A stretch of 64,000 nucleotides of DNA from Desulfomonilia bacterium (GTDB taxonomy: Bacteria; Desulfobacterota; Desulfomonilia; UBA1062), in NCBI GenBank assembly GCA_963664325.2, contig CAXXDQ010000007.1:160001-224000 (forward strand), in the 5' to 3' direction. Every line of letters starts with the position of its first letter. Within the stretch, counting starts at the first letter, position 1. The notes beneath the pieces were generated by a model. It searched no databases. It was given only the letters and a program-made list of their open reading frames with translations, and had not been told where the DNA came from. Of this stretch, positions 29,102 through 38,867 are shown piece after piece. The translations under genes were made by a program, and so were the position numbers.

Positions 29102-30576
29102 CTGATAAACAGCCTTTTTAAAATTTTTACTCCTGCCCATACAGCCATCAGAGCACCTGCATATATCGACGGCCGGAGAAAAGGGGTCAGGCCTCTGGAG
29201 GGGGCGAATTCGACATTGAGCTCAAGACGTTTGTTGAGCTTGTCCATAATGATCAGCTCCGAACAATGGTTGGCAGTCCAGATGGCCGCCTCCATGCCGC
29301 CCGAGCTTACGTGTGTTTTTGTATAATCTCCTGTTAGATAAAGATTGGGGTAGGGCGTGCGCTGGTAAGGCCGGTGTTTTTCCATACCGGGCAGAGGCCG
29401 GTAAACGCCCTGCCTTTTTCTTACTACCCTGAACTTTTTGACCTTGGCATCGCGTGCGGCCGGAAAAAGCCTCCTGATGTCCTCAACCGCCTTTTCGCAA
29501 ATCACCTCGTCCGGAAGAAAACGAACGGCGTCGGCAGGGGCTATGACCATCTCGAACATGCTGCCGCCCTTGAATATATGAGGCAGGACATTAGCGAGAT
29601 CCGCGTAGGTGTTGAATATGCAGTCTATCGAGAAGAATGTCACATCGACATCAGTAAGCTTCTTGTCGAACCACAACTGAATGGATAGCGACGGAGATTC
29701 CTCGAAATAGGCCAGGTCCTGGAAATACTTGAATCTGAAAGATTCCTTCGGGATAACCCTCCTGAGGGAATAAGGGCTCATTGCTGAAACATAGATGTCC
29801 GCGGTTTGTTCGTCCTTGCCGTTTACCATCACATTTTTTATCCTGCCGTTTTCGATATTTATCGAAGTAACAGACTTGCCTGTTTCAAAGCGGCCGCCTT
29901 TGGATTTTATATAGTCAAGACAGCTCCCGACCCAGATTTCGCCGAGACCGCCGTTTGCAAATCCCACCCGGGACGTTTCTGCTGACGCTGAAACCTTTTT
30001 AAACCAGTTTACCATTACCTTGGCCGATATCGCATATTCCGGTGTAAAAGTAAGTCCGTGTATAGCAGGGCTCATTGGCTTGAAAGAGCCCCTCGGTCCG
30101 CGCCGGGAAGTCCATTCCGACCAGGACTGGTTGTCGAATTCGTCCATTTCCTTTTTTGAAGCGCCCACGGAATAGGCCATTGCCGGCAGACTTGCAAGCA
30201 TTTTCCATTTTGGGATGCCCTTGAAACTTTTGATCAGATTCCAGTATGCGACGGCAGTGTGCAAGGGCGCAGGATAGTTTTCGAAATGAAGCACCGGCTG
30301 GTTTCCGCCATCCTGGGCAAAGAAAAAATCCGTGCCTTTCCAGGTGATGTTTTTTTCTATGCCCATTTTTTTAAAGAAGTTTATAAGGTTGACGTAATAG
30401 GGAAAGAAAACATGAAGTGCGTTGTCAATCATGTCCCCGTCATCATCAAGCCACGAATTGGCCCGTCCTCCGAATATCTCGTCCGCTTCTATAATTTCGC
30501 ATTCAATACCTGCATCAAGCAGGTTGATTGCCGTTGCAAGCCCTGACATACCGCCACCCATGATCAATGCTTTCAT
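29098..30576 (-). CDS. FAD-dependent oxidoreductase, carotene desaturase/HpnE-like
   Basis: GGGMSGL, FGGRANSW, DNALHVFF, RPYQRTPYPNLYLTGDYT, MEAA. Confidence 0.85.
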   Translation of the reverse strand: MKALIMGGGMSGLATAINLLDAGIECEIIEADEIFGGRANSWLDDDGDMIDNALHVFFPYYVNLINFFKKMGIEKNITWKGTDFFFAQDGGNQPVLHFENYPAPLHTAVAYWNLIKSFKGIPKWKMLASLPAMAYSVGASKKEMDEFDNQSWSEWTSRRGPRGSFKPMSPAIHGLTFTPEYAISAKVMVNWFKKVSASAETSRVGFANGGLGEIWVGSCLDYIKSKGGRFETGKSVTSINIENGRIKNVMVNGKDEQTADIYVSAMSPYSLRRVIPKESFRFKYFQDLAYFEESPSLSIQLWFDKKLTDVDVTFFSIDCIFNTYADLANVLPHIFKGGSMFEMVIAPADAVRFLPDEVICEKAVEDIRRLFPAARDAKVKKFRVVRKRQGVYRPLPGMEKHRPYQRTPYPNLYLTGDYTKTHVSSGGMEAAIWTANHCSELIIMDKLNKRLELNVEFAPSRGLTPFLRPSIYAGALMAVWAGVKILKRLFIR

Positions 30577-30697
30577 AAACCCTCCGGTTATAAATTCTGA
30601 CCATCATATCATGCCTCTTTCAGATAATGGCAATAATTTGTTAAATATAAATCCATCTGATTGACAATAATTTTCAAAACCTATACCTCTTAAGTTG

Positions 30698-31462
30698 ATG
30701 AACGACGGGACAATTCAATCACTTGAAAGAGGGCTTAATATACTGACCATCCTTTCAAAAGCAGGTTCACCGATGACTCTTAATGATATTGCCACAAATT
30801 TCAAGATGGACCGTTCCAGTGTTTTCAGGCTTCTCAAGACAATGGTCAAGGCCGGGTTCATCTATCAGGACAACGATACGAAACGGTATTCACTCGGGTT
30901 CAAGGTGCTGGAGCTTGCAGGGTCTTTTTCGGATAACCTGCATCTCGAAGAGTTTTTAAGGCCGATCATGAAAGATATCTGCCTGCATACGAATCAGAAC
31001 ACGCACCTGGCGATCCTTGACAGGGGAGAAGTCGTTTTCATCGCAGTCGAGCAGCCAAAGGATGCAATTACCATAAGCATATCCATTGGCACGCGCGAAT
31101 CTGCAACGCAGACCGCACTCGGCAGGGCGATACTCGCATTCATGGAAAAAAAATCAATTGATGAAATCGTCAGGAAAGCGCCCATGAAAAGATATACCCC
31201 GAAATCACTCATCTCAAGACCGGCCCTTTACGAAGCCCTTTCCGGCATAAGAAATACAAGGCTGGCTGTTGACAATGAAGAATATAAATCCGGCGTCATA
31301 TGTTTCGCCTCTCCTGTCCTCAATCACAAGGGACAGGCTGTTTGCTCAATCGGCATTTCCGGCCTGGACAGGCTCATAATGCCTTGTTACGATGAATACG
31401 GTGAAATAATAAGACAGGCGGGCCTCAAGGCCTCGGCCCTGCTCGGACTGCCTGTTCTGTGA
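30698..31462 (+). CDS. IclR family transcriptional regulator
   Basis: IQSLERGLNIL, RSSVFRLL HTH, TALGRAILAF, DNEE...GVICFASP. Confidence 0.95.
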   Translation: MNDGTIQSLERGLNILTILSKAGSPMTLNDIATNFKMDRSSVFRLLKTMVKAGFIYQDNDTKRYSLGFKVLELAGSFSDNLHLEEFLRPIMKDICLHTNQNTHLAILDRGEVVFIAVEQPKDAITISISIGTRESATQTALGRAILAFMEKKSIDEIVRKAPMKRYTPKSLISRPALYEALSGIRNTRLAVDNEEYKSGVICFASPVLNHKGQAVCSIGISGLDRLIMPCYDEYGEIIRQAGLKASALLGLPVL

Positions 31463-31511
31463 AAGAAATTTCAGAAAACTATTCCAAGACTGTCCTGCTG
31501 TCTCTTGACTT

Positions 31512-32411
31512 TTAAATCCCGCCCGGTTCGGCATCGGCAAGCTTGAGCTTTACGAAGACCCAGGGTGCGGCAAATGATCCCCACAATCCTATCAGCAGAT
31601 ATCTCGCAAATCTGAACGCCAGAGCAGGCTCAAGGCCTTTGAAAGCCATCTTCAAGCCGATCCACAGGCCGATTATCACGGCAATGCCGAGGATATAGCG
31701 CAGCACCCTCATTGGTACCGTGCCGTCAGAGCTGAAGCCTACGAATTTTCTTTCAAGGACAAAACCAACAGACATGCCCATCAGGGTTGATGCGGCCGTG
31801 ATGCAGTCCTGATCGAGTCCCGGTGAAACGGCAATCATTACTACCGGGATTATGATCGCCGTTGCCAGCAGAAAAGCAAGGCTTTTCCCATAAAGCCATC
31901 TCTCTGCAATGGGTTCAAGCCATACATACAAGACAAGCAGGACAAATCCTGTAATATAACCGCCGATAAGGTCAGGCAGGTCGTGAACGCCCAGGTAGAG
32001 CCTGGAAAGAGGTACAAGGATCATCATTATGACTGCAAATATCCAGAGCCACTTCTTTTTCATTGCCGTCGCGAAATAACCCCAGACTACAACCGAACCC
32101 TGTGTATGGCCGCTTGGAAATCCTCCGCCTCCTGCCTGCTGTATTGCCCTGACCCTGCTGTCATACTGGTAGGGGCGTTTATCACCGGCAATGACCTTGG
32201 CAAAGGAATTAATCCATGCGGAAAAAAGGAAAAGGATAAGCAGCCTTGCACCCGCCGATCTGCTGATGCTCCAGTAGATCAAGGGCAGGAAAATCAGAAA
32301 AAACAGTTCTTCTCCGCAGAATGTTATGGCCTTGAAAGGCAGATCAAGCGTGGGGCTGAACTTCTGAAGCCATAAGTTTATGTCGACACCGAAACTGAGA
32401 AATTCATTCAT
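31512..32411 (-). CDS. PAP2 family membrane phosphatase
   Basis: K...RP, FPSGH, SRLYLGVH motifs; multiple TMs. Confidence 0.93.
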   Translation of the reverse strand: MNEFLSFGVDINLWLQKFSPTLDLPFKAITFCGEELFFLIFLPLIYWSISRSAGARLLILFLFSAWINSFAKVIAGDKRPYQYDSRVRAIQQAGGGGFPSGHTQGSVVVWGYFATAMKKKWLWIFAVIMMILVPLSRLYLGVHDLPDLIGGYITGFVLLVLYVWLEPIAERWLYGKSLAFLLATAIIIPVVMIAVSPGLDQDCITAASTLMGMSVGFVLERKFVGFSSDGTVPMRVLRYILGIAVIIGLWIGLKMAFKGLEPALAFRFARYLLIGLWGSFAAPWVFVKLKLADAEPGGI

Positions 32412-32434
32412 GTTTTACTCCCCATTTTTATCTG

Positions 32435-33715
32435 TTATGGAAGTTCCTCGATAAACAAATCAAGAAACAATCCTATTTTTGCCTTTTCCGCTGGAATCAT
32501 GGGTACCCCTGCCGAAACGGTTATTTCTCCCCTGTAGCTTGAAAATGCCGGACTGAATCCCGGTGTCATGGCAATAGGAGTGAGGATCCAGGCTTTGACC
32601 GGCGCCCTGTCGAAAGTGAGTTTTTCTTCATCAATCGAACTGTAGTTTGAAATCTGACTCGGTGTATTACCTGATCTTATTCCATAAGGCACCAATTTTG
32701 ACCATATTAATTTTGTCCAGGCATAAGGGATTGAAGAAAATAACATAACCCCTAAAGCCTGATTTAGTCCGAAGAAGTTGCTCTTACGTTTTCTGATTAT
32801 TCCGTTTATAACTGCCACCGTCTCTTCAAGATTGCCGTTAAAAGGCGTGTCAATTTTTATTAATTCAAAACCGCTGAGACTGCATATGTTTTCAGCAGAC
32901 CCCTTCAGAGACCATATCCTGTGGTCAACCGTAAAGGCTGTCCTTACTGAGCATCCGGGTTTTAGTATCTGGAATCTTAAAAGGGCCTTATTAAAAGCTG
33001 CCAGAAAGACATCGTTAAGGGTCGCGTCATGTTTTTTCCCGTATGATAATATACCCGACACTCGTTCGGCCGGGATATTCTTTCTTATGAATTCAAACGG
33101 TCTTAAAGGGACTTCTTTTAATGGCAGGGTGTGTGTGAACCTGGGCACGATAAGATTCTTCATTTCAATTAGGCAGTTCAAAAATATTTTGGGATATGCC
33201 AGCAGGGGAAGCTGCCTGAAAACCTGGTCAAAGCCGCGTGAGCCGTCAACCTCAGCAGGGACGTAACTCCTGTCAGATTCAAGCCTGCGGTAGATTCCGG
33301 CAACAGCTGCGGTCAGTTCTTTTAGGCCACCCACATCGCAAAAGACATGAGATGCCTTTATCGCAAAACGATCGCCATCAGGCGCTTCATCAAGGAAAGC
33401 ATGAATCAGTGGTCCGGTTTCAGGGTATACCGGTTCATTGATGAAGGCATGATATTCTTCAGCAGAGCCTGTCCTGAGAATTTCCTGAACCTCGGGCAGT
33501 GTTTCAAAATATGGTTTCTTTTTATCCTCGACAAACCTGCAGCCGGCTATCGGATATTTGACAAGGATAAGTTCAAGCGACCTTCTGAGCCGTTGCCTGT
33601 CAAGATTGCAATCAAACTTCATCTCGATCTGTATAAGGTTCTCGAAAATATGTTCACTGTTTAATATGAACATGACTGAATCTGCAGTTTCAGCGTGATA
33701 TCTTTTTGTTCTCAC
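32435..33715 (-). CDS. Condensation-domain / CoA-dependent acyltransferase-like protein
   Basis: SHVFCDVGG (HxxxDG-like), ATLNDVFLAA, TVDHR. Confidence 0.75.
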   Translation of the reverse strand: MRTKRYHAETADSVMFILNSEHIFENLIQIEMKFDCNLDRQRLRRSLELILVKYPIAGCRFVEDKKKPYFETLPEVQEILRTGSAEEYHAFINEPVYPETGPLIHAFLDEAPDGDRFAIKASHVFCDVGGLKELTAAVAGIYRRLESDRSYVPAEVDGSRGFDQVFRQLPLLAYPKIFLNCLIEMKNLIVPRFTHTLPLKEVPLRPFEFIRKNIPAERVSGILSYGKKHDATLNDVFLAAFNKALLRFQILKPGCSVRTAFTVDHRIWSLKGSAENICSLSGFELIKIDTPFNGNLEETVAVINGIIRKRKSNFFGLNQALGVMLFSSIPYAWTKLIWSKLVPYGIRSGNTPSQISNYSSIDEEKLTFDRAPVKAWILTPIAMTPGFSPAFSSYRGEITVSAGVPMIPAEKAKIGLFLDLFIEELP

Positions 33716-33918
33716 TGATACCGTTTAACAGCACCCGGGAAAATAAGTAAAGCCGGATGTTTATATGCCGGAAGCGCACATGCATTATCCGGAAGAATAT
33801 AAAAATCCCGTGCGATTCAGTATGGACAGAAATACCTCTTTATACTAATAATTATTCCCCCGGTGTCTGGTGATCGTCTGACATTTCCGGGCGCAATTAA
33901 ATTTATTCGGAGGATAAC

Positions 33919-35619
33919 ATGGCAAAGAAGAATCCCGAACTCTATCACGAGCAATACCGCAAGCTTCTGTCAAACCAGGCGGACTATGTTGAAAAACATG
34001 CAAAGAGCAAACCTGGTGATATTGCGATCATTGAACATAACACCGGTGAAAAAATAACGTGGAAGCAGTTTAACACATCGGTATCTGCTTTTGCTGCAAA
34101 ACTTCTGTCAATAGGTATAAGGAAGGGGGATATTGTCGCCACTTCCCTGCCATTGTTAAAAGAGCACGTTTATTTGATCTATGCCTGCTACCGCATAGGG
34201 GCGATTGTAGCGCCGCTCGACCTCAGGCTGAAGGCGAAAGAAATCCAGTACTGCATGGACAAGATGAAACCCAAGGCCTATTTTTTCCTGGGCAAGACGC
34301 CCATTGCCGATTTCAGGCCTATGATTGCAGAAGTCATGAAGAACTCGCCCTTTATCAGGCACTGGGTCCAGTTCCAGAAGGAACAGGACATGATAATGGA
34401 GGGGGCTGTAGGCATTACTGAATTTGTGAAAGACATAAAAGCGGTTTATATAAAAAGTCTTATTTTAGGAAGAGTCAAGAAGGCAAGAAAGCTTGTCAGT
34501 AACAGAGATGCATGCCTTATAATTTTCACTACAGGGTCAACCGGGTCACCGAAACCTGCTCTTCTCTGCCATGAAAACATACTGATTCAGAATATAGGCC
34601 TTGCCATATCCTTTGAACTTCAGGAAGGCGACAAAATGCTCATCAACCTCCCGCCGTCCCATGTCGGGTGCATAACGGAGCAGCTTGCAACGACCATATT
34701 CGGCGGGGGGGTAAGTATAATCCTCCATATTTTTGACCCGGTCAAAAGCCTTGAGGCGGTGCAGGAGCACAAGATAAATAACTTGGGCCAGATACCTGCG
34801 CTCTTTAACATGGAGTGGAGACTTCCCGACTACAGCAAGTATGATCTCTCATCACTCAAGTTTGCAATATACGGCGGTCAGGCGGTCACCCGTGAATTCC
34901 TCGAAAAGATGTCAAAGATGGCCTCCCGTATAGGAACCGGACTCGGCCTTACCGAGACAGCGGGCTTCTGCACGTATACCGATGTAAATGCGGGTGTGGA
35001 CGACCTTGTAAAAGGAATAGGATTTGACATGCCTTTATGCCCGATATCGATCCGGGAACCGATGCAGGCGGACGGTGAGGCCGGAAAGGAAAAAGCCAAA
35101 GGCGAAGTCGGTGAGATATGCTTCTCCGGACCCCAGATATTCCTTGGCTATCTCGGAGATGAGGAAAACACACGTAAGACAGTTTCAAAAGATAGAGTCT
35201 GCTATACCGGAGACCTCGGCTATTATGATGCCGACGGCCTGCATTTTGCCGGCCGGTCGAAACTTGTCATAAAACCAAAAGGATACCAGGTCTTCCCGGA
35301 TGACATTGAAAGCCATATTTCAGGCAGGCTTAAGGGAAGGGTAGGCGCAATAGCCGTGATCGGAGTTGAGCATAATATCTTCAGCGAGGGGATCATGGTG
35401 TTTGCCGAAAATATCGACAGTGCGAGCGCAATAACTCCAGATGATGTTTTAAAGGCATGCGATGACATAGCGTCATATTCAAGACCGTCCCATGTGGAAG
35501 TGATCAACCAGGGTGAAATGCCTTTAAACAGGGTGGCAAAAACGGATTATATGGAGCTCAAGAAAAAAGCGAAAGAGATAGTTGAAAAGCTGCGTTCACA
35601 GGGCAAGTGGGACGTCTGA
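33919..35619 (+). CDS. Acyl-CoA synthetase (AMP-binding)
   Basis: FTTGSTGSPK, GLGLTE, YTGDLG, AGRSK, PLNRVAK. Confidence 0.92.
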   Translation: MAKKNPELYHEQYRKLLSNQADYVEKHAKSKPGDIAIIEHNTGEKITWKQFNTSVSAFAAKLLSIGIRKGDIVATSLPLLKEHVYLIYACYRIGAIVAPLDLRLKAKEIQYCMDKMKPKAYFFLGKTPIADFRPMIAEVMKNSPFIRHWVQFQKEQDMIMEGAVGITEFVKDIKAVYIKSLILGRVKKARKLVSNRDACLIIFTTGSTGSPKPALLCHENILIQNIGLAISFELQEGDKMLINLPPSHVGCITEQLATTIFGGGVSIILHIFDPVKSLEAVQEHKINNLGQIPALFNMEWRLPDYSKYDLSSLKFAIYGGQAVTREFLEKMSKMASRIGTGLGLTETAGFCTYTDVNAGVDDLVKGIGFDMPLCPISIREPMQADGEAGKEKAKGEVGEICFSGPQIFLGYLGDEENTRKTVSKDRVCYTGDLGYYDADGLHFAGRSKLVIKPKGYQVFPDDIESHISGRLKGRVGAIAVIGVEHNIFSEGIMVFAENIDSASAITPDDVLKACDDIASYSRPSHVEVINQGEMPLNRVAKTDYMELKKKAKEIVEKLRSQGKWDV

Positions 35620-35626
35620 GATTTTT

Positions 35627-35664
35627 AAAAAAGGGATAGCCATCCATCCGGCTGTCCCTTTTTT
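35627..35664. terminator. Bidirectional intrinsic terminator
   Basis: AAAAAAGGGATAGCC-loop-GGCTGTCCCTTTTTT between convergent genes. Confidence 0.85.
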
Positions 35665-35708
35665 CGCACTATATATTTTGGAATAAACACATCTAAGGCT
35701 GAACCAGG

Positions 35709-37301
35709 TTATTTGGGGAAGACCCCGTCAAATATTTGCGATTTATTCACTTCACCGATATTACTCAGTATGAAATCAGATGAGCTGTATATCTTTGCTC
35801 CCGACGATGTTGTCTTTTTAATGCCGACAAACAGCGACTTGAACTCTCCCGGCAAATCGGATGATGTGCCTATTCCATGCATATTGAGCGGTTTGCTGAA
35901 TGTGTATGATGCAATTTCAGTCCAGGTCCTGCCGTCAAAAGAACCTGATGCGGAAAATGTCCTGCATCCGTTCGATATGTCAAGGCGGACAAATGGCGCA
36001 TCATGCCAGGGGATGCCTGAAGGGGTTGCTTCAAAGCCCGGAACAAGTCTGGGCAGCCTGTATCCCCCGGTGCGTATAAGAACGGATAGCGGAAGCAGCG
36101 ATGAAGGCCTGATAATTGCGAAATAAGGAGAATATGGAGAAGAGCTTTCTCTCGCCATGATAAATGCATTTGCGCCCGAATGCGTGAAGCTGTCAGGCAC
36201 TGAAATTATGCAGGACCAGCTTGAGTCTTCATCAGGGGCTTCTTCGTAAAGATAGGTGAATGAATCCGAAAAACAGATGCCGAGTCCCCGGGAATCGGAT
36301 ATCATTCCTATTGTATCCGACTTTTCGGCATACCCAGCAGGTATCCTTTCAGGGTTGTCGATGCATTCGAAGGGATATCCCGCTGCATTAAAGGTGTTGC
36401 TCCAGGGATACTTGATGTAATTTATCTCGTTGATGGCTATCAGGTTCGCCTTCTGGTTTTCCGCATCGGCAAACATCTCTGCACTGTCCGCATAGTAGAC
36501 GCGGCTTACATATCCGGCGTTATAGACCCTTGCGGGTTCGGGATCGTTCTCCTTGTACTCCATATTGAAGAAGACGGAGTCCGCATCATCAAACCCGCCG
36601 GTCACGAAACAAATCATATTTTGGGCATCTTTCCTGTTTTCGCCTGCATATGAACCTTCTGTAGGGACGAATATGAATTTACCCCGAAGTTCATCAAGAT
36701 AAGGCCATCCGCACATATTGACGGATTCCTTGAGCGTTGATGCCTCAGGGCACCTGAGCATAAGATCTGCCGGGGTAAGTATCCATTCCTTCGGTATGTA
36801 AGAGGTGATAAGGGCGTCAAAATCCTTTGGCGTGTGCTTTGCGTCAAAGGTTATATCAAAAAAAACGGTTACGACCTCGTGGTCCGGTATTGCCTCATGA
36901 AAGCCTTTAAGCTGGGAGAGCGCCTGGGAGAAGAGTTTGAAGTTTGTATGCATATCGGCTACATGGTGGTAGACAAGCCAGTCGCCGTCAGGCGCCGCCT
37001 GGAGCTTTAACACAGGCTCTCCATAATTGGTGTGAAGATCATATTCTATGGTTCGCACCCTGTGGTAAATGAGCTGGTCAAGTATGCTCTCATCACGCTG
37101 ATAGGCGTTATGGGAGGCCTTCTGCCTGACCTCGTTATATCTTACATCGATTGACGGTTCCTGTTCTCCTGCTGTTTGAGCAATGGTTTGATTCTCCGCG
37201 TAGATTATAGGGTCATTGATGGTCTTGGTGGATTCCGTCGAGGAACAGCCCGATATTAATAAAAACATGGCCGGAAAAAATATTATAACAAACCTTTTCA
37301 T
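35709..37301 (-). CDS. Lipoprotein with PI-PLC-like phosphodiesterase domain and C-terminal beta-sandwich
   Basis: Lipobox LISGC; KASHNAY, RTIEYDLH, VYH, WPYLDELRGKFIF. Confidence 0.75.
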   Translation of the reverse strand: MKRFVIIFFPAMFLLISGCSSTESTKTINDPIIYAENQTIAQTAGEQEPSIDVRYNEVRQKASHNAYQRDESILDQLIYHRVRTIEYDLHTNYGEPVLKLQAAPDGDWLVYHHVADMHTNFKLFSQALSQLKGFHEAIPDHEVVTVFFDITFDAKHTPKDFDALITSYIPKEWILTPADLMLRCPEASTLKESVNMCGWPYLDELRGKFIFVPTEGSYAGENRKDAQNMICFVTGGFDDADSVFFNMEYKENDPEPARVYNAGYVSRVYYADSAEMFADAENQKANLIAINEINYIKYPWSNTFNAAGYPFECIDNPERIPAGYAEKSDTIGMISDSRGLGICFSDSFTYLYEEAPDEDSSWSCIISVPDSFTHSGANAFIMARESSSPYSPYFAIIRPSSLLPLSVLIRTGGYRLPRLVPGFEATPSGIPWHDAPFVRLDISNGCRTFSASGSFDGRTWTEIASYTFSKPLNMHGIGTSSDLPGEFKSLFVGIKKTTSSGAKIYSSSDFILSNIGEVNKSQIFDGVFPK

Positions 37302-37340
37302 ATCGATCTCCGAACTGTCTGGGATTTATTAGATTTACCA

Positions 37341-37355
37341 GCAATCACTGTGCCA
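37341..37355 (-). promoter_or_regulatory. Sigma54 -24/-12 promoter for the PLC-like lipoprotein
   Basis: Minus strand TGGCACAGTGATTGC(T), near-consensus, 40 bp before ATG. Confidence 0.75.
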
Positions 37356-37479
37356 GCAAAGTCAAATAAACAACCTCATGTAATAATGGAAAGTATTCAC
37401 ATGTTAAGCAGTCGGTCTGCAAATCAGGGAGAAACTGTTTCCATTAATAAAGCATGAAACTTCCACTATTCATGACCTG

Positions 37480-38400
37480 TCACAATCTCCTGAATTTGAA
37501 GTAGGATATCACAATCCCCACAGAGACTATTGCCGTTGCCATGATAAACCAGAAGGCCAAAGGATGGTCGTGGGGGATGGGCATTTTTACGTTCATTGAG
37601 AAAATGCTGACAACAAGTGTAGGAATCATTATGCCGATAGTGATAAGGGTGAGCGTTTTCATCAGGATGTTGAGGTTATTGCTTACTATGGAAACCCTGG
37701 CATCCATGAGGCCTGCGAGAATGTTCGAGTAGATTTCGGCCTGTCTGAAGCACTGGTTGTTTTCAACCAGTATGTCATCCAGGAATTCGGCTTCCTCAGT
37801 CACAAACCCTATTTTTGAGGATGAGTTTTTGATTTTTTCGATAACAACCGTATTGGAATGAATTGCATTGAGATAATAGACAAGGCTTTTTTCCAGTGTG
37901 AACAGGTTGATGAGATATTTGTTCTCCATGGATTCGTTTATTTTGTCTTCGATCTCATCCGTCAGCATGTTTATTATTTTGAGGTGCTCCATGAAGTGAT
38001 ATGCGCTCCTGTTCAATATTTTCAAGAAAAGGCTCCTGAGTGAAGTGACCTTCATGAACTGCTTGCCTTCGAAAAGCGAGACATCTTCTGAAACAACTAT
38101 TACCAGCCTGTCCTCGAACAGGAACGCGCCGGTTGAGGCCACCCTGAACAGCAGCTGGTCATTTCCGGAATAGCTCTTGGGCATTTTAAAGATTACAGCA
38201 AGGTGGTTCGGTTCAAATTCGAGACGGGAGATTTCATCAGGATCGAGTGCGGAATTGAGTGTGTGTTCATCAACCTTGAGTTCATCTATAAGATAACGTT
38301 TTTCCTCGGGGTCAGGATTGATAAATACCTGAATACGGCAATCTCTTGTTGTCTCACCGTTTGTAATTTTACATTCACTGAGCTGGTATCCTTTCATCAT
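37480..38400 (-). CDS. corA: CorA family Mg2+ transporter
   Basis: ALDPDEISRLE, SNNLNILMKTLT, two C-terminal TMs with FSMN (GMN variant). Confidence 0.92.
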   Translation of the reverse strand: MMKGYQLSECKITNGETTRDCRIQVFINPDPEEKRYLIDELKVDEHTLNSALDPDEISRLEFEPNHLAVIFKMPKSYSGNDQLLFRVASTGAFLFEDRLVIVVSEDVSLFEGKQFMKVTSLRSLFLKILNRSAYHFMEHLKIINMLTDEIEDKINESMENKYLINLFTLEKSLVYYLNAIHSNTVVIEKIKNSSSKIGFVTEEAEFLDDILVENNQCFRQAEIYSNILAGLMDARVSIVSNNLNILMKTLTLITIGIMIPTLVVSIFSMNVKMPIPHDHPLAFWFIMATAIVSVGIVISYFKFRRL

Positions 38401-38567
38401 GGCAAGCCACCCATATGTTATTTTTTTTGGATTGACTCTTTACCAGGCTTGCTTTCGGGCCGGCACGGTCATCCTTCCCCACCCCGGGACAAGGATTTCC
38501 CATGCCTGGGGTGCAACTCACATGCATCTATTACCGGTACTGTCTTCGTTATCCATAATGTGGCTTG
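38401..38567 (-). promoter_or_regulatory. Structured corA leader with uORFs (MDNEDSTGNRCM at 38518-38556; MTVPARKQAW at 38440-38472)
   Basis: Acidic uORF, GC-rich hairpin CACCCC/GGGGTG (38480-38513), 8-bp complement of the corA RBS region. Confidence 0.5.
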
Positions 38568-38867
38568 GCTAGCACAAGATGATAATGGAAGTCAAAGAAA
38601 AGATGGCATAAAAAATAAAAATATTTGATTAAAAGATCATATTGAAAATATAACCGGCAGCAAGAATTCCTGCTGAAATAACCCCGATGAAAACGGCAAT
38701 AAGACCCGGTTTGAGGACTTTATTAAGTTTTGTACTGGGGTAGGCTCCGCCGTGGCATTTATTATATATGAATTCCTCCTAAGACATGCAGTTTCAAATT
38801 GCGGCCGGTTTCTTTGGAAACATTACCGGCCTGTTCACATCCGGGGCAAATCAGGTTTTTATACTGT

